Shown: positions 18,959 through 29,248, counted from the first letter of the stretch. The stretch: DNA of 64,000 nucleotides from Candidatus Binatia bacterium (GCA_038245295.1 JBBRSP010000001.1:384001-448000), one strand, 5' to 3'. A program made the numbers and translations. The notes: a model not told the origin generated them from the letters alone.

Positions 18959-20593
18959 CTACTGAGGTTTGAGCGCGATGAAGATCGTGTTGTCGCCGCG
19001 CTTGACCAGGAAGAGCAAGCTCTTGCCCTTCGACGAGCTCTTCATCGCTTTGCGATAGGAGGCAAGATCCTTGACCGCTTCGCGATTGACCTCGACGATA
19101 ACGTCGCCGCGCCGCATACCGGCGTCTTCGGCGGCGCTGCCCTGTTCGACAGCCGACACAACGACACCCTTGATGTCGCTGCTGATGCCGAGGCTCTCGG
19201 AGACGTCGGGGGTGAGCGGCTGGACGGTGAGTCCGTAATTGCTCTCCTCGGCGCCGCGTTCGGCGACGTCTTCGTCTTTGAGTTCGCCGACGCGCAGCGA
19301 GACACTCGACGTTTCCTTGTCGCGGATGAACTTCAGGTTTGCCGTCTTGCCCACCGGCGTACGGGCGACAAGGTATGGAAGCTCGGTTGAATCCTTGACC
19401 GCATGTCCGTCAAATTCCGTGATCACGTCGCCGACCTTGATGCCGGCCTCGGCGGCCGGTCCGTCTTTGACGACGTCGGCCACCAGCGCGCCCTGGCTGT
19501 CCTTGAGGTTGAGCGACTCGGCGATCTCCGGCGTTACCTTTTGGATCAAAACGCCGAGCCAGCCACGGGTGACTTTGCCCTTCTGTTCGAGCTCGGGAAG
19601 CAGCTCTTTGGCGATATTGACTGGGATGGCGAAACCGATGCCGATGCTGCCGCCGGAGCGGCTGAAGATGGCGGTATTGATACCGACAACTTCACCCTTG
19701 AGATTGATCAGGGGACCGCCGGAGTTGCCCGGGTTGATGGCGACGTCCGTCTGAATGAACTGATCGTAGCTGCCCTGGCCGATGTAGCGGCCCTTGGCGC
19801 TGACGATACCGGCGGTGACGGTGTGCTCGAGGCCGAAGGGGTTGCCGATGGCCATCACCCATTCTCCGACGCGCAGAGACTCGGAGTTACCAAGCGGCGC
19901 CGGGATGAGGTCGGGGGCGTTGTCGATCTTGATCACGGCGATATCCGTCTTCGGGTCGCGGCCGATGATCTTCGCCTTGTACTCTTTGTTGTTCGCTAGC
20001 TTGACCAGAATCTCGTCGGCGTCCTCAACCACATGATTGTTGGTCAGGATATAGCCTTCCTTGTTGATGATGAAGCCGGAGCCGAGGCTACGTTGCTTGA
20101 ATTGACGCTTCGGCATCGGGCCGAAGAAACGCTCGAACGGCTCAAAATACTCGTGCGGGTCGCCTTGGCCTCCGCCCTGGCCGCCGCCGAATGGATTGCG
20201 CGGGCCACCACCGCCGGGACCACCGCCGCCAGGGCCGCCACCGGGGCCGCCACCGGGGCCGCCACCCATGCCGGGACCCGACGAGTCCGAGCCGCCGTTG
20301 GAGGACGTGGAAACGTTGACCACCGCTGGGCTCAAGCGATCCGCCAGCGTGGCGAAGTCCGGCAGAGTGATCACCGCCGGCGCCGATGCCGCTGGGGCCG
20401 CGGCGGGCGCGCCAGCCGCGGCGGCCGGTGCGCCGGGTGCGCCGGGCTGGGTCGGTGCGGGTGTTCCGGATTCGCCCCAGAAGCTGATGGCGTGTGAGGG
20501 TGAAACTACGTGTAACGTGCTGGTGGCAAAGATGCCGGCTGCGAAGCCGGTGCTGATCCACAGGACGGCACGGGCAAGCCGTGGCGTATTCAT
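18959..20593 (-). CDS. HtrA/DegP/DegQ-family periplasmic serine protease with two PDZ domains
   Basis: LGSGFII, TNNHVV, TDIAVIKI, GNSGGPL triad; two PDZ domains; GGGPG-repeat insert. Confidence 0.96.
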   Translation of the reverse strand: MNTPRLARAVLWISTGFAAGIFATSTLHVVSPSHAISFWGESGTPAPTQPGAPGAPAAAAGAPAAAPAASAPAVITLPDFATLADRLSPAVVNVSTSSNGGSDSSGPGMGGGPGGGPGGGPGGGGPGGGGPRNPFGGGQGGGQGDPHEYFEPFERFFGPMPKRQFKQRSLGSGFIINKEGYILTNNHVVEDADEILVKLANNKEYKAKIIGRDPKTDIAVIKIDNAPDLIPAPLGNSESLRVGEWVMAIGNPFGLEHTVTAGIVSAKGRYIGQGSYDQFIQTDVAINPGNSGGPLINLKGEVVGINTAIFSRSGGSIGIGFAIPVNIAKELLPELEQKGKVTRGWLGVLIQKVTPEIAESLNLKDSQGALVADVVKDGPAAEAGIKVGDVITEFDGHAVKDSTELPYLVARTPVGKTANLKFIRDKETSSVSLRVGELKDEDVAERGAEESNYGLTVQPLTPDVSESLGISSDIKGVVVSAVEQGSAAEDAGMRRGDVIVEVNREAVKDLASYRKAMKSSSKGKSLLFLVKRGDNTIFIALKPQ

Positions 20594-20646
20594 GCTTCCT
20601 CCTTCAAAGGGGCGCGGGTGGTTGGCAAGTGGTTGTTTTCGATGCG

Positions 20647-21081
20647 TTAGCGTCGAGCTTGGTCAACGTAGCGCAATCGTAGGTCGTAGAGCAGCCCTTC
20701 GATCAATTCGGCCTCGGCCTTATCGAGATTGCCGCGTGTCTTCTCCTGCAGCATGCCTACGATGTCGATCATCTGCCGAGCGGCACCGAGATCGACGTTT
20801 GTTTGCTGCGAGATCGGGTCGGGAATCTCACCGAGCAGGGACAGTGCCTGCGTACTCAGGCTGATGATGAACGTCGAGAAGTTGAGCTCCAGCGGCGGTC
20901 GGTCGGTGGCTGCCGCGGCTGGCTTCTCGCCGCGTAGCACACCTTCGTTACCCGGCGGGGCCGCTGTTTTGGTCGGCTCCGGGTCCGGTGCGTCGCTGCG
21001 CGCTGTGCCGTCGTCGGTAAAACGTCGGCGATCTTCAACTTTGAATGACGTGGGTGCGTCGTTTTCGTCTTGTCGGCTCAT
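20647..21081 (-). CDS. DUF1844 domain protein
   Basis: FSTFIISLSTQAL..LGEIPDP...DLGAARQMID..GML.EKTRGNL...E..L....LYDLRLRYV. Confidence 0.85.
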   Translation of the reverse strand: MSRQDENDAPTSFKVEDRRRFTDDGTARSDAPDPEPTKTAAPPGNEGVLRGEKPAAAATDRPPLELNFSTFIISLSTQALSLLGEIPDPISQQTNVDLGAARQMIDIVGMLQEKTRGNLDKAEAELIEGLLYDLRLRYVDQARR

Positions 21082-21098
21082 AGTGGCTTTTGAAGTCC

Positions 21099-21959
21099 TT
21101 AGGCGTTGTGGAACGGCGAATTCAAGGCGCGCAGGCGAGCAATGCGCTCTTCCACCGGTGGGTGGGTGCTGAACAACTTGGCGAATGACTGGCCGCTCAA
21201 GGGGTTGAATATGAACATGTGGGCGGTCTGGGCCATCGCCGGCATCGGCGTGCTCTCGGCTGCCGTGTGTAACTTCTCCAGGGCGCGCGCCAGACCGTCG
21301 CCGCTGCCGGCCATCTCGGCGCCGCTGGCGTCGGCTTGAAACTCGCGCGAGCGCGAAATCGCCATCTGGATCAACATGGCGGCGATTGGTGTGAGAATGG
21401 CCACGACAATCAGGCCGATGCCGCCGCCGTTGTTGCGCTCATCGCGCGAGCCACCCCCGAAGAGCGCGCCCCACTGGGCCATACGCGCCAGCATCATGAG
21501 CACACCCGCCAGGGTGGCGGCGATGGAGCTGATGAGGATATCCCGGTTCTTGATGTGGCTGAGCTCGTGCGCCAGTACACCTTCGAGCTCATCCTGCGAC
21601 ATCAGGCGCAAGATTCCTTCCGTAACCGCCACCGCGGCGTGTGACGGATTGCGCCCGGTGGCAAAGGCGTTGGCGCCGTCGGTCGGCAGAATGTACAGGC
21701 GTGGCATCGGAATTCCAGCACGCTGCACCAACTTTTCGACGGCTCGGCGGTATTGCGGCGCTTCGTCGGGGCCGACTTCGCGTGCCTGGTACATGGCAAG
21801 AACGATCTTGTCGGAGAACCAATAGCTGCCGAAGTTCATGACGATGGCAAAAACAAAGGCGGTGATCAGACCCTGCTGGCCACCGACAAGCTGGCCAGCC
21901 GCTAAAATCAGGCCGGTGAGTACTCCTAGCAAGAGAGTTGTCTTCAATGTGTTTGACAT
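21099..21959 (-). CDS. htpX: Zinc metalloprotease HtpX (M48)
   Basis: [28 protein letters not shown]. Confidence 0.96.
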   Translation of the reverse strand: MSNTLKTTLLLGVLTGLILAAGQLVGGQQGLITAFVFAIVMNFGSYWFSDKIVLAMYQAREVGPDEAPQYRRAVEKLVQRAGIPMPRLYILPTDGANAFATGRNPSHAAVAVTEGILRLMSQDELEGVLAHELSHIKNRDILISSIAATLAGVLMMLARMAQWGALFGGGSRDERNNGGGIGLIVVAILTPIAAMLIQMAISRSREFQADASGAEMAGSGDGLARALEKLHTAAESTPMPAMAQTAHMFIFNPLSGQSFAKLFSTHPPVEERIARLRALNSPFHNA

Positions 21960-22221
21960 GTGCTCAGCTCCCGTCGGCTACCGACGACGCGCTCGTCGAT
22001 CTGTTCGATTCGGCACTCAAAAGATCCTGAGAACCTTCATCGCGTTATTGCACGCCCCATCAACGTGTCAAGAAATCGGACTGCTCGCCTACCACGGTGT
22101 ATATCTTCACCGAAGACCCATTCGCGTTGACTGCTTCCTCCGCGGCCGGTAGTTTCGTCTTGCAGGAACAAAACCAATGCTGCGAAATCAACAACGTGGC
22201 CATGGTGGGGGAGGTGAACGG

Positions 22222-23595
22222 ATGTGGCGGCGGTGTCTTCTCGGTCGAGTTGTCCTGGTCCTCGGATTAGTCATCCTGGCCGTGCCGACCTTCGCGTCGC
22301 GCCCGACCCCTGAATTCGAATACCCGGCGGCTCTAAAAATACAAGTCGAATTCTGGAAGCAGATCTTCGCAGTCTACTCGTCGAAACAGATCGTCATTCA
22401 CGATGTCCTCCATCTTGATTGGGTCTATTCCGTCGTCGATCTGACCGACGTGGCCGATACGTTCGAATCGAACGCCGACCTTTCTCGCTACGCCGACGAC
22501 CGGATCAAGCAGGAGAAATCGCGCATCCAGGCCATGCTGCGGCGGCTGCACGAGATGGGCAGCGAGCCGCACGAGTTGACCGGCGAAGAGAAGAAGCTGC
22601 GCACGATGTTGTCCGACGACCATGATCCGCTGCACTATCTCAATGCCGCCGCCGACGATCGCATCCGCGGCCAGCGCGGCCTGAAGGAAAAGTTCAGCCG
22701 CGGTATCGTCATTTCGCGCCGCTACCTACCTGAGATGGAGGCGATCTTTCGTTCCGAGGGTGTACCGGTTGGACTGACGCGTCTGCCGCTGGTCGAATCC
22801 TGCTTCAACGTTCAAGCCTACTCCAAGGTCGGTGCCGCCGGCATGTGGCAGTTCATGCCGAGCACCGGGCGCCTTTATCTGCGCATCAATGACCAGGTCG
22901 ACGAACGCCGCGATCCGATCGCCGCAACCCATGCCGCCGCACGCCTGTTGCGTGGCAACTATGACGCCCTCGGCACGTGGCCGCTGGCGATCACCGCCTA
23001 CAACCACGGTCGGGCCGGCATGGCGCGCGCCGTCGATCGGGTTGGGACGACCGACATTGCCGAGATCATTCGCGAGTACGACGGCCCCGCTTTCAAGTTC
23101 GCCTCACGCAACTTCTACCCTGAGTTTCTTGCGGCGCTCGAAGTCGAGCACGAGCCCGAGCGTTACTTCGGGAGGCTCGACTATGAGCCGCCCATGCGCA
23201 CCGAGAAGGTCAAGGTGCCGGATCCGGTTTCGATCGGCGTGCTGGCGCAGGCCTGCGGCACCAGTGTTTCGACGCTCGCCGAGCTCAATCCGGCACTGAC
23301 GCCGGATGTGGCAGCGGGCCGGCGCCTCGTGCCAAAAGGTCACGCCCTGTGTGTGCCGGAGGGCGCCAATCACGGCTTCGAGGCGCGCTACGCGGCGCTC
23401 AAACCGCGCCTTCAGGCCAAGGGCCACGGCGGCAAAGCGACCGCGAAGACCGTCCATAAGGTGCGCGCCGGCCAGACGTTAGTGTCGATCGCGCACCAAT
23501 ACCGCACCAGCGTCAGTGCCATTCAACGTCACAATGGACTGCGAACCGGCGCACCGTTGAAAAGCGGCCAACAACTGACGATTCCGAAGGGCTGA
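22222..23595 (+). CDS. Lytic murein transglycosylase with LysM domains (MltD-like)
   Basis: SD GGAGGT; signal peptide; VES, AAGMWQFM, AYNHG SLT motifs; C-terminal LysM HKVRAGQTL. Confidence 0.92.
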   Translation: MWRRCLLGRVVLVLGLVILAVPTFASRPTPEFEYPAALKIQVEFWKQIFAVYSSKQIVIHDVLHLDWVYSVVDLTDVADTFESNADLSRYADDRIKQEKSRIQAMLRRLHEMGSEPHELTGEEKKLRTMLSDDHDPLHYLNAAADDRIRGQRGLKEKFSRGIVISRRYLPEMEAIFRSEGVPVGLTRLPLVESCFNVQAYSKVGAAGMWQFMPSTGRLYLRINDQVDERRDPIAATHAAARLLRGNYDALGTWPLAITAYNHGRAGMARAVDRVGTTDIAEIIREYDGPAFKFASRNFYPEFLAALEVEHEPERYFGRLDYEPPMRTEKVKVPDPVSIGVLAQACGTSVSTLAELNPALTPDVAAGRRLVPKGHALCVPEGANHGFEARYAALKPRLQAKGHGGKATAKTVHKVRAGQTLVSIAHQYRTSVSAIQRHNGLRTGAPLKSGQQLTIPKG

Positions 23596-23632
23596 AGGGG
23601 CAGGGTGCCACGCTCTTGAGGCAACGCCCCTT
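23595..23632 (+). terminator. Possible terminator hairpin
   Basis: AAGGGGC...GCCCCTT inverted repeat immediately after the stop codon. Confidence 0.35.
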
Positions 23633-23666
23633 AACCTAACACCTCAGTCCCCGAACACCCTGCTCC

Positions 23667-25439
23667 ATGCGCGAACGCCGGGTCCCTCTCTTGCCCCAGA
23701 TCGGGGCTTCCGTGGCGATCTTGCTGGCGTTGGCCTGGGTGTATTCGCAGGTGCGGACCTTCGGGCTCGTCAATCTCGACGACTCTGCCTACGTCACCGA
23801 CAACCCCGCTGTGCGGGCCGGCCTGAGCTGGGATGGCGTACTCTGGGCGTTCACGCACCTTCATGCTGCGTATTACATACCGCTCACATGGATCTCGCTC
23901 ATGTTCGATGTGTCGTTCTACGGCAACGTTGGTGGCATGCACGTCAGCAACGTCGTCTTGCACGCGTTCAGCAGCATCACCCTCGGCTGCCTCCTGGTAG
24001 CTGCTACTGGCGATACCTGGCGATCGTGGTGGGTCGCCGCCATCTTTGCCGTCCATCCTTGCCAAGTGGAGTCGGTCGCGTGGATCACCGAACGCAAGGA
24101 TGTCCTCAGCACGGCATTGGCACTCCCAGCCCTCGGCGCATACGGCCTGTACGCCGTGTCTATCCGTCGCCAACCGTCGGCCGGACGCCGTGTTCTATGG
24201 ATGGGCGCGGCGCTCCTATTTTATGCTCTGAGCTTGCTGGCCAAACCGCTGTGGGTGCCTATGCCGCTGATGTTGCTGGTCCTCGACCAGTGGCCGCTGC
24301 AGCGATTCGCATCGATGCGTTGGTTCGATCTCCTTGTCGAGAAAAGCGGATTCGTCGCCTTGGCACTGCTTGGCGCGGCGTCGACGATATCGGCGCAATC
24401 GACGGGTGGTGCTATCGCACCGCTCGCCGATTGGCCGCTGTGGTTTCGGCTGATCTCAGTGCCGTGGTCGTTTGCGGTCTATCTGGCGACATTGTTCTGG
24501 CCAATCCACCTTGCCGCTTTTTATCCGTTGCCCGACGCGCCCAGTCCCTGGCTCGGCCTGATCGGCGTGCTCGTGATTCTTGCGATCTCGCTGTCGACGT
24601 TTGTGGCGCGCCATCACTGGCCCGAGGGCTGGGTCGGCTGGTTGTGGTTCGTCGTACTGCTTCTGCCGGTGTCGGGGATTGCCCAGGCCGGTGACCAGGT
24701 GCGTGCCGATCGTTTCACCTATGTGCCCATGATCGGTGTTGCCGTGGCAGCGGCGGGCGCGACCCGTTTGCTGTCGGGGCAGATCTTGCAACGTGGCTGC
24801 GCCGTGCTCGGGGTGTTGCTGATCGCGGCGGCGACAGGGCTGGCGACCTCGCAAGCGGCGTATTGGCGCAATGGCACGAGCCTGTTCGAGCACGCCGTCG
24901 CCGTGACACGTGACAATTGGAAGGCGGAGTTTCTGCTCGGTGATGCGTACCGCGAGGCGGGGCGAGCGCCGCAGGCGGAGGCCGCCTATGTGCGTGGCTT
25001 GGCGCTGCGGCCGCGCGACGGCATTGCCAACCTGAACCTCGGTAACCTGCGCCTGACAAGCGGTAGATCAGCCGAGGCGATGGCGCCCTTGCTGCTGGCG
25101 CTCGAGGCGCTGCCGCAGATCGCTGATACCCACAACTCGGTGGGCGGGGCGCTGGTCGAGCAGCGGCGCTACGCCGAGGCCATTGTCGAGCTCGAGCGCG
25201 CTCTGCGCATCGATCCGCAGCTGATCAACGCGCAGTTCAATCTCGGCGACGCCCTGTTTGCCGCCGGCCGCTTCGACGAAGCACTCGTGTATTTCCGTCG
25301 AGCCCTGCAGCAGCGCCCCGACATTGCCGAGCTGCACCGGCGCGTCGCGGCGACGCTGGAGCGCCTGGGTCACACGGCCGAGGCGCATGCGGAGTACCAG
25401 CAGGCCGAGCGGCTGGACCCGGCCAAAGCCGGCGGTTGA
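23667..25439 (+). CDS. TMTC-like GT-C membrane glycosyltransferase with C-terminal TPR repeats
   Basis: NLDDSAYVTDN, YYIPLTWIS, HPCQVESVAWITERKD, ADRFTYVP, followed by TPR repeats. Confidence 0.85.
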   Translation: MRERRVPLLPQIGASVAILLALAWVYSQVRTFGLVNLDDSAYVTDNPAVRAGLSWDGVLWAFTHLHAAYYIPLTWISLMFDVSFYGNVGGMHVSNVVLHAFSSITLGCLLVAATGDTWRSWWVAAIFAVHPCQVESVAWITERKDVLSTALALPALGAYGLYAVSIRRQPSAGRRVLWMGAALLFYALSLLAKPLWVPMPLMLLVLDQWPLQRFASMRWFDLLVEKSGFVALALLGAASTISAQSTGGAIAPLADWPLWFRLISVPWSFAVYLATLFWPIHLAAFYPLPDAPSPWLGLIGVLVILAISLSTFVARHHWPEGWVGWLWFVVLLLPVSGIAQAGDQVRADRFTYVPMIGVAVAAAGATRLLSGQILQRGCAVLGVLLIAAATGLATSQAAYWRNGTSLFEHAVAVTRDNWKAEFLLGDAYREAGRAPQAEAAYVRGLALRPRDGIANLNLGNLRLTSGRSAEAMAPLLLALEALPQIADTHNSVGGALVEQRRYAEAIVELERALRIDPQLINAQFNLGDALFAAGRFDEALVYFRRALQQRPDIAELHRRVAATLERLGHTAEAHAEYQQAERLDPAKAGG

Positions 25440-25547
25440 GAGACGGAGCCGCGCAGTCGGAGCAGCGGCCGTTGGGGCGGTGATTCGGATGACTCGTGAG
25501 AACGCGCTATTTCGTATCGCCGCAACTTGCTACGACGGACAGACTGT

Positions 25548-26921
25548 ATGGCGCCAAGAGAAGTCCCGATTCGCACGAAGTTGCTTTATGCCACCGGGGA
25601 GATCACCTCCGGGGCGAAGAACGCCGTTCTCAATCAGTTCCTGCTGTTCTTCTACACCGACGTCATCCATCTGGCGCCATTGCTGGTCGGCGCAGCGATT
25701 GCGCTGGCGAAGTGCTGGGACGCGATCACCGACCCGGTGCTGGGGTACCTCTCCGATACGACACGTTCGCGTTGGGGCCGGCGGCGGCCTTACATCGTCG
25801 CCGCCGCCATTCCCCTCGGTATCCTTTTCGCGTTGCTGTTCTCGCCCCCGGTGCGCAGCCCGTCGGTGACCTTCCTCTATCTGCTCGGCATCTACGCTCT
25901 GCTCAATACGGCGTTCACTGTGTTCCTGGCGCCGTATCATGCCTGGGGAGCGCAGTTGGTCTCCGACTATCACGAGCGCACGACGCTGGTGCAGATTCGT
26001 TTTCTATTCGGCCTCGTCGGCGCGATCATCGGCACGGCTGTGCCGGTGTGGCTCGCTTCGCAATACGGCGGCGACGTGCGCCAGGGCTATCACGCCGTCG
26101 GCATCGGGATCGGCATGCTGCTGACCGTGGCGGCGTTGGTGCCGGGGTTGACCGTTCGCGAGACGGTGCGTGCGGAGATCGCCGACGCCAGTTTCTCACA
26201 CTTTCTTCAGGGCCTGCGGCGCACGGTGGCGAATCGCGACTTTCGTGTCGTCTTCATTACGTTCTGCATGCTGACCGTTGCCGGCGCATTGGGCGAGGCC
26301 GTGCGCGTCCATGTCGTCAAGCACTGGCTCAAGATGGAAGACTTCTATCCGATGATCGGGCTGACGTTTGCTCTGGCATTTACAGCTTCGTTCCCCCTGT
26401 GGTTCGGCTTGTCGAAGCGATTCGGCAAACGTCAGACGATGCTCGGCGGGCTCGTCCTCGGATGGTTCGTGCCGCTCGGCTGGTTGCTCGTCCAACCAGG
26501 CCAGCGCGGCGCGATGCTGGTGTTCATGGTGGCGGCCGGCTTGGCTTCGGGGGTGGTGACGTTGATCACCTCGAGTGCCATCGATGTCATCGACTTCGAC
26601 GAATACGAAACCGGCGAACGCCGCGAAGGGGCGTTCTTCGGCGTCTGGACCTTTGGCCTCAAGCTCAGCAGTGCCTGCGGCATCATGCTCAGCGGTGCCT
26701 TCTTGTGGTTGCTCGGCTACTCGGTCGAACGCGCCGACGATCCGAACGTCATGTGGTGGCTGCTGATGCTCGTCGGCCCCCTGCAGGTGCTGGTCAACAT
26801 CATCGGCTTTGTCCTCTTCCGCAGTTTTCGCTTCGAGCAGGCGCACGTCGAGGGTATCCAGGCGGTCCTGGCCGAGCGGCGTAACGCCCGCTTGGAGCCG
26901 AGTCGCGCCACGGCGGGATGA
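25548..26921 (+). CDS. MFS transporter, glycoside-pentoside-hexuronide (MelB-like) family
   Basis: WDAITDPVLGYLSDTTRSRWGRRRPY, DYHERT, DEYETGERREGAFFG; about 12 TM helices. Confidence 0.93.
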   Translation: MAPREVPIRTKLLYATGEITSGAKNAVLNQFLLFFYTDVIHLAPLLVGAAIALAKCWDAITDPVLGYLSDTTRSRWGRRRPYIVAAAIPLGILFALLFSPPVRSPSVTFLYLLGIYALLNTAFTVFLAPYHAWGAQLVSDYHERTTLVQIRFLFGLVGAIIGTAVPVWLASQYGGDVRQGYHAVGIGIGMLLTVAALVPGLTVRETVRAEIADASFSHFLQGLRRTVANRDFRVVFITFCMLTVAGALGEAVRVHVVKHWLKMEDFYPMIGLTFALAFTASFPLWFGLSKRFGKRQTMLGGLVLGWFVPLGWLLVQPGQRGAMLVFMVAAGLASGVVTLITSSAIDVIDFDEYETGERREGAFFGVWTFGLKLSSACGIMLSGAFLWLLGYSVERADDPNVMWWLLMLVGPLQVLVNIIGFVLFRSFRFEQAHVEGIQAVLAERRNARLEPSRATAG

Positions 26922-27036
26922 CTTGGGTCTCGCGGCACTTCTGTAGTTGACGATCGGCCTCGCAGCGCGGTAGGGGGAAGCAAAACTGCCGCTCCCGACC
27001 GCCCGTGGCCGGAACCAACTCAGACCATCCAGCCCT

Positions 27037-27127
27037 ACCTCCGTCATTCCGGCGGAAGCCGGGATCTCCTCGAGTGGAAGGCCAAAAATGCTGGGGAGAT
27101 ACCGGCTTTCGCCGGTATGACGGAGGT
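27037..27127. repeat. REP-like inverted-repeat doublet (GTCATTCCGGCG family)
   Basis: ACCTCCGTCATTCCGGCGGAAGCCGGGATCTCC ... GGAGATACCGGCTTTCGCCGGTATGACGGAGGT. Confidence 0.8.
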
Positions 27128-27255
27128 GTTTGGGCAGCTTCAAACGATGAATCAGAGAAAATCGACAGTCTCTTTCGCCGGTTTGACGGAAAGGTGTGCT
27201 CGGTTTCGAATTTGGTTTCCGAGTAAATCGCCAGTCTCTTTCGTCGGGATGACAG
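27106..27255 (+). repeat. Degenerate tandem repeat with 66-bp period (three cores)
   Basis: CTTTCG(C/T)CGGnnTGAC cores start at 27106, 27172 and 27238. Confidence 0.7.
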
Positions 27256-27536
27256 GTCAGGGCGACAAAGTCCGGCACCAAGAAAATCTTCGCGCACCGA
27301 CAAGATTTGGAACGTTTGTTACGCAGATGAACGCGGACCGAACCGGAACACGGGGGAAAACCCAAAACCCCAGCTTTCAAAAGACGGCCCCGCGCACGGT
27401 CGCGCAACCGACTACGTTCGATCACCTTGCCGGTCAGCCGCGCTGGCGCGTTCCACTCTCTGAGTGATACATACTCCAAGGGCCACTGAGCCGGTTCCAT
27501 CGTGACCTGAATCAATCGCGGTGATAGAGCCCCCTG

Positions 27537-28649
27537 ATGCCAGCCGAACTTCCCGGTGCCGCACGGCAGACCGATCTTGCCATGGCCCGCGCGCTGACGC
27601 CGACCGGTGTTGAATTGCCGCGACTGCGGCTGACCAATCTGCCAACGCGGGTGCATCGTTTGCCGACGATCAGTGGCGAGGTTGGTGCCGATGTTTGGAT
27701 CAAGCGCGACGACGAAACGGCGACCCTCTATGGCGGCAACAAGCCGCGCAAGCTCGAGTTCGTGCTCGCCGACGCCCTGCGCCAGAAGAAGAAGGCCGTC
27801 ATTACCTTCGGCGGCATCGGCACGCATCACGGACTTGCCACAGCGATCTTCGCTCGTTCTCTCGGCTTGCGGTGCATCCTGGTCATGCTCGATCAGCCGG
27901 TCACCGAAGGCGTGCGCCGGTCGTTGTTACGCGACGCCGCCGCCGGCGCCGAGATGTATTTTGCCGGCGGTGTATTGCCCATCGTCCTGCGCTCGCTGCG
28001 CCTTTGCGCCGAAGAGTGGCGGCACGGCAACGGCTTTCCCTACATCATCCCGACCGGCGGCACGTCACCGCTCGGCGCGCTCGGCTACGTCAACGCGGCG
28101 TTCGAGCTCAAGGCGCAGATCGACGCCGGCGAGTTGCCGGAGCCGGCGGCGATCTTCTTACCCGTCGGCAGCGGTGGCACGATGTCGGGGCTGGTCGCCG
28201 GCGCAAAGCTCGCTGGCCTGAAGTCGAAGATCATCGGCGTCGTCGTGACCGACATCTTACCGCCCGGAGGCATGCGTCTGGCGGGGCAGGCGCGCCGAGC
28301 CCTGGCCGTCCTTCGGCGTCACTTTGCGCTGCCGCCTGCCACCGTACGCCCGGCAGACTTCACCACCGTCGGTGGCTACGTGGGGGCGGCCTACGGTGCA
28401 CCGACGCCGGCCGCCCTGGCGGCACGTGAACGTGCTCTTGCCGGTGAAGGCTTGAGCCTCGACACGACGTATACCGCCAAGTGCATGGCGGCGATGTTCG
28501 ATGCCCTGGCCGCGTCCGAGTATCGTAATCGGCCGGTGCTGTTCTGGAACACCTACAGCAGCGTCGATCCGGATACACACCTCGGGCTGCTGCCGGACTT
28601 TCATACACTGCCGCCGGCGTTTCATCGGTTCTTCGAGGGTTCGCCTTGA
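27537..28649 (+). CDS. PLP-dependent D-cysteine desulfhydrase / ACC deaminase family enzyme
   Basis: WIKRDD, GGNKPRKLEF, GSGGT, LDTTYTAK (Thr rather than the ACC-deaminase Glu); alternative start 27582. Confidence 0.88.
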   Translation: MPAELPGAARQTDLAMARALTPTGVELPRLRLTNLPTRVHRLPTISGEVGADVWIKRDDETATLYGGNKPRKLEFVLADALRQKKKAVITFGGIGTHHGLATAIFARSLGLRCILVMLDQPVTEGVRRSLLRDAAAGAEMYFAGGVLPIVLRSLRLCAEEWRHGNGFPYIIPTGGTSPLGALGYVNAAFELKAQIDAGELPEPAAIFLPVGSGGTMSGLVAGAKLAGLKSKIIGVVVTDILPPGGMRLAGQARRALAVLRRHFALPPATVRPADFTTVGGYVGAAYGAPTPAALAARERALAGEGLSLDTTYTAKCMAAMFDALAASEYRNRPVLFWNTYSSVDPDTHLGLLPDFHTLPPAFHRFFEGSP

Positions 28650-28720
28650 GGGGCGCGCGAGTTTCGCAGCTCTTCACCGCCCGTTGCAATGCCACACTAG
28701 ACTCGATACCTGCGAGCCCG

Positions 28721-29248
28721 ATGACTGGTCTCTCGCGACGATCCTTTCTCCGTCTAAGCGCTGGTATGGTTGCCCTGGCGCGTCTGCGGCCGGTCTTGGC
28801 CGCCGTGGAGCCAGCCGTGGGGCTGCAAGTGTTGAGCACCGGCGACGCAGCGATCTTCACGGCCATCGCGTCGCGTATGGTCGACTCCGGCGGGGCCGGC
28901 TTTCCCAAGGTGAGTGAGACGCAGACGATCCACGTGATCGATCAGACCCTGCTGGTCATCGACCCGTCGCTACAGTCGCAGGTGCGCTGGCTGTTGAAGA
29001 TCGTGCAGTATTGCCCGCCGGTCGTCATTCGCCGGCTGTCGACGTTTACCAGCCTGAGTGATGCCGAGCAGGATGACGTGCTGCGCGCCTGGTCGCGCAG
29101 CAACTACGAGATTGGCCGCCTTGGTTTCCGGGCCCTCAAGAACCTGTCGATGCTCGGATACTACTCGCAAGACGTCGTGTGGCCTTTTATCCATTACCGC
29201 GGCCCATGGGCGCCGCGGGCGCGGAAGGCGGCGCGACTCGCACCATGA
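28721..29248 (+). CDS. Tat-signal small partner of GMC oxidoreductase (gluconate 2-dehydrogenase subunit 3-like)
   Basis: SRRSFLR twin-arginine motif; FTSLSDAEQDDVL, GYYSQ..W..IHYRGP; ATGA overlap with the GMC gene. Confidence 0.75.
   Translation: MTGLSRRSFLRLSAGMVALARLRPVLAAVEPAVGLQVLSTGDAAIFTAIASRMVDSGGAGFPKVSETQTIHVIDQTLLVIDPSLQSQVRWLLKIVQYCPPVVIRRLSTFTSLSDAEQDDVLRAWSRSNYEIGRLGFRALKNLSMLGYYSQDVVWPFIHYRGPWAPRARKAARLAP

Noticed and set aside
18910..18961. In-frame TAG plus hairpin linking HtrA to PBP1B (possible readthrough fusion)
   Set aside because: Frame match has a one-in-three chance, and a fusion would put the PBP catalytic domains on the wrong side of the membrane
27093..27260. CRISPR array suggested by the 66-bp periodicity
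   Set aside because: Only three degenerate units, the spacers resemble each other, the core derives from a REP arm, and no cas genes are present
27330..27400. ACGGGGGAA.ACC segment resembling a c-di-AMP riboswitch
   Set aside because: Other conserved elements such as GGGG.GAATC and GTCAGCTAAC are absent
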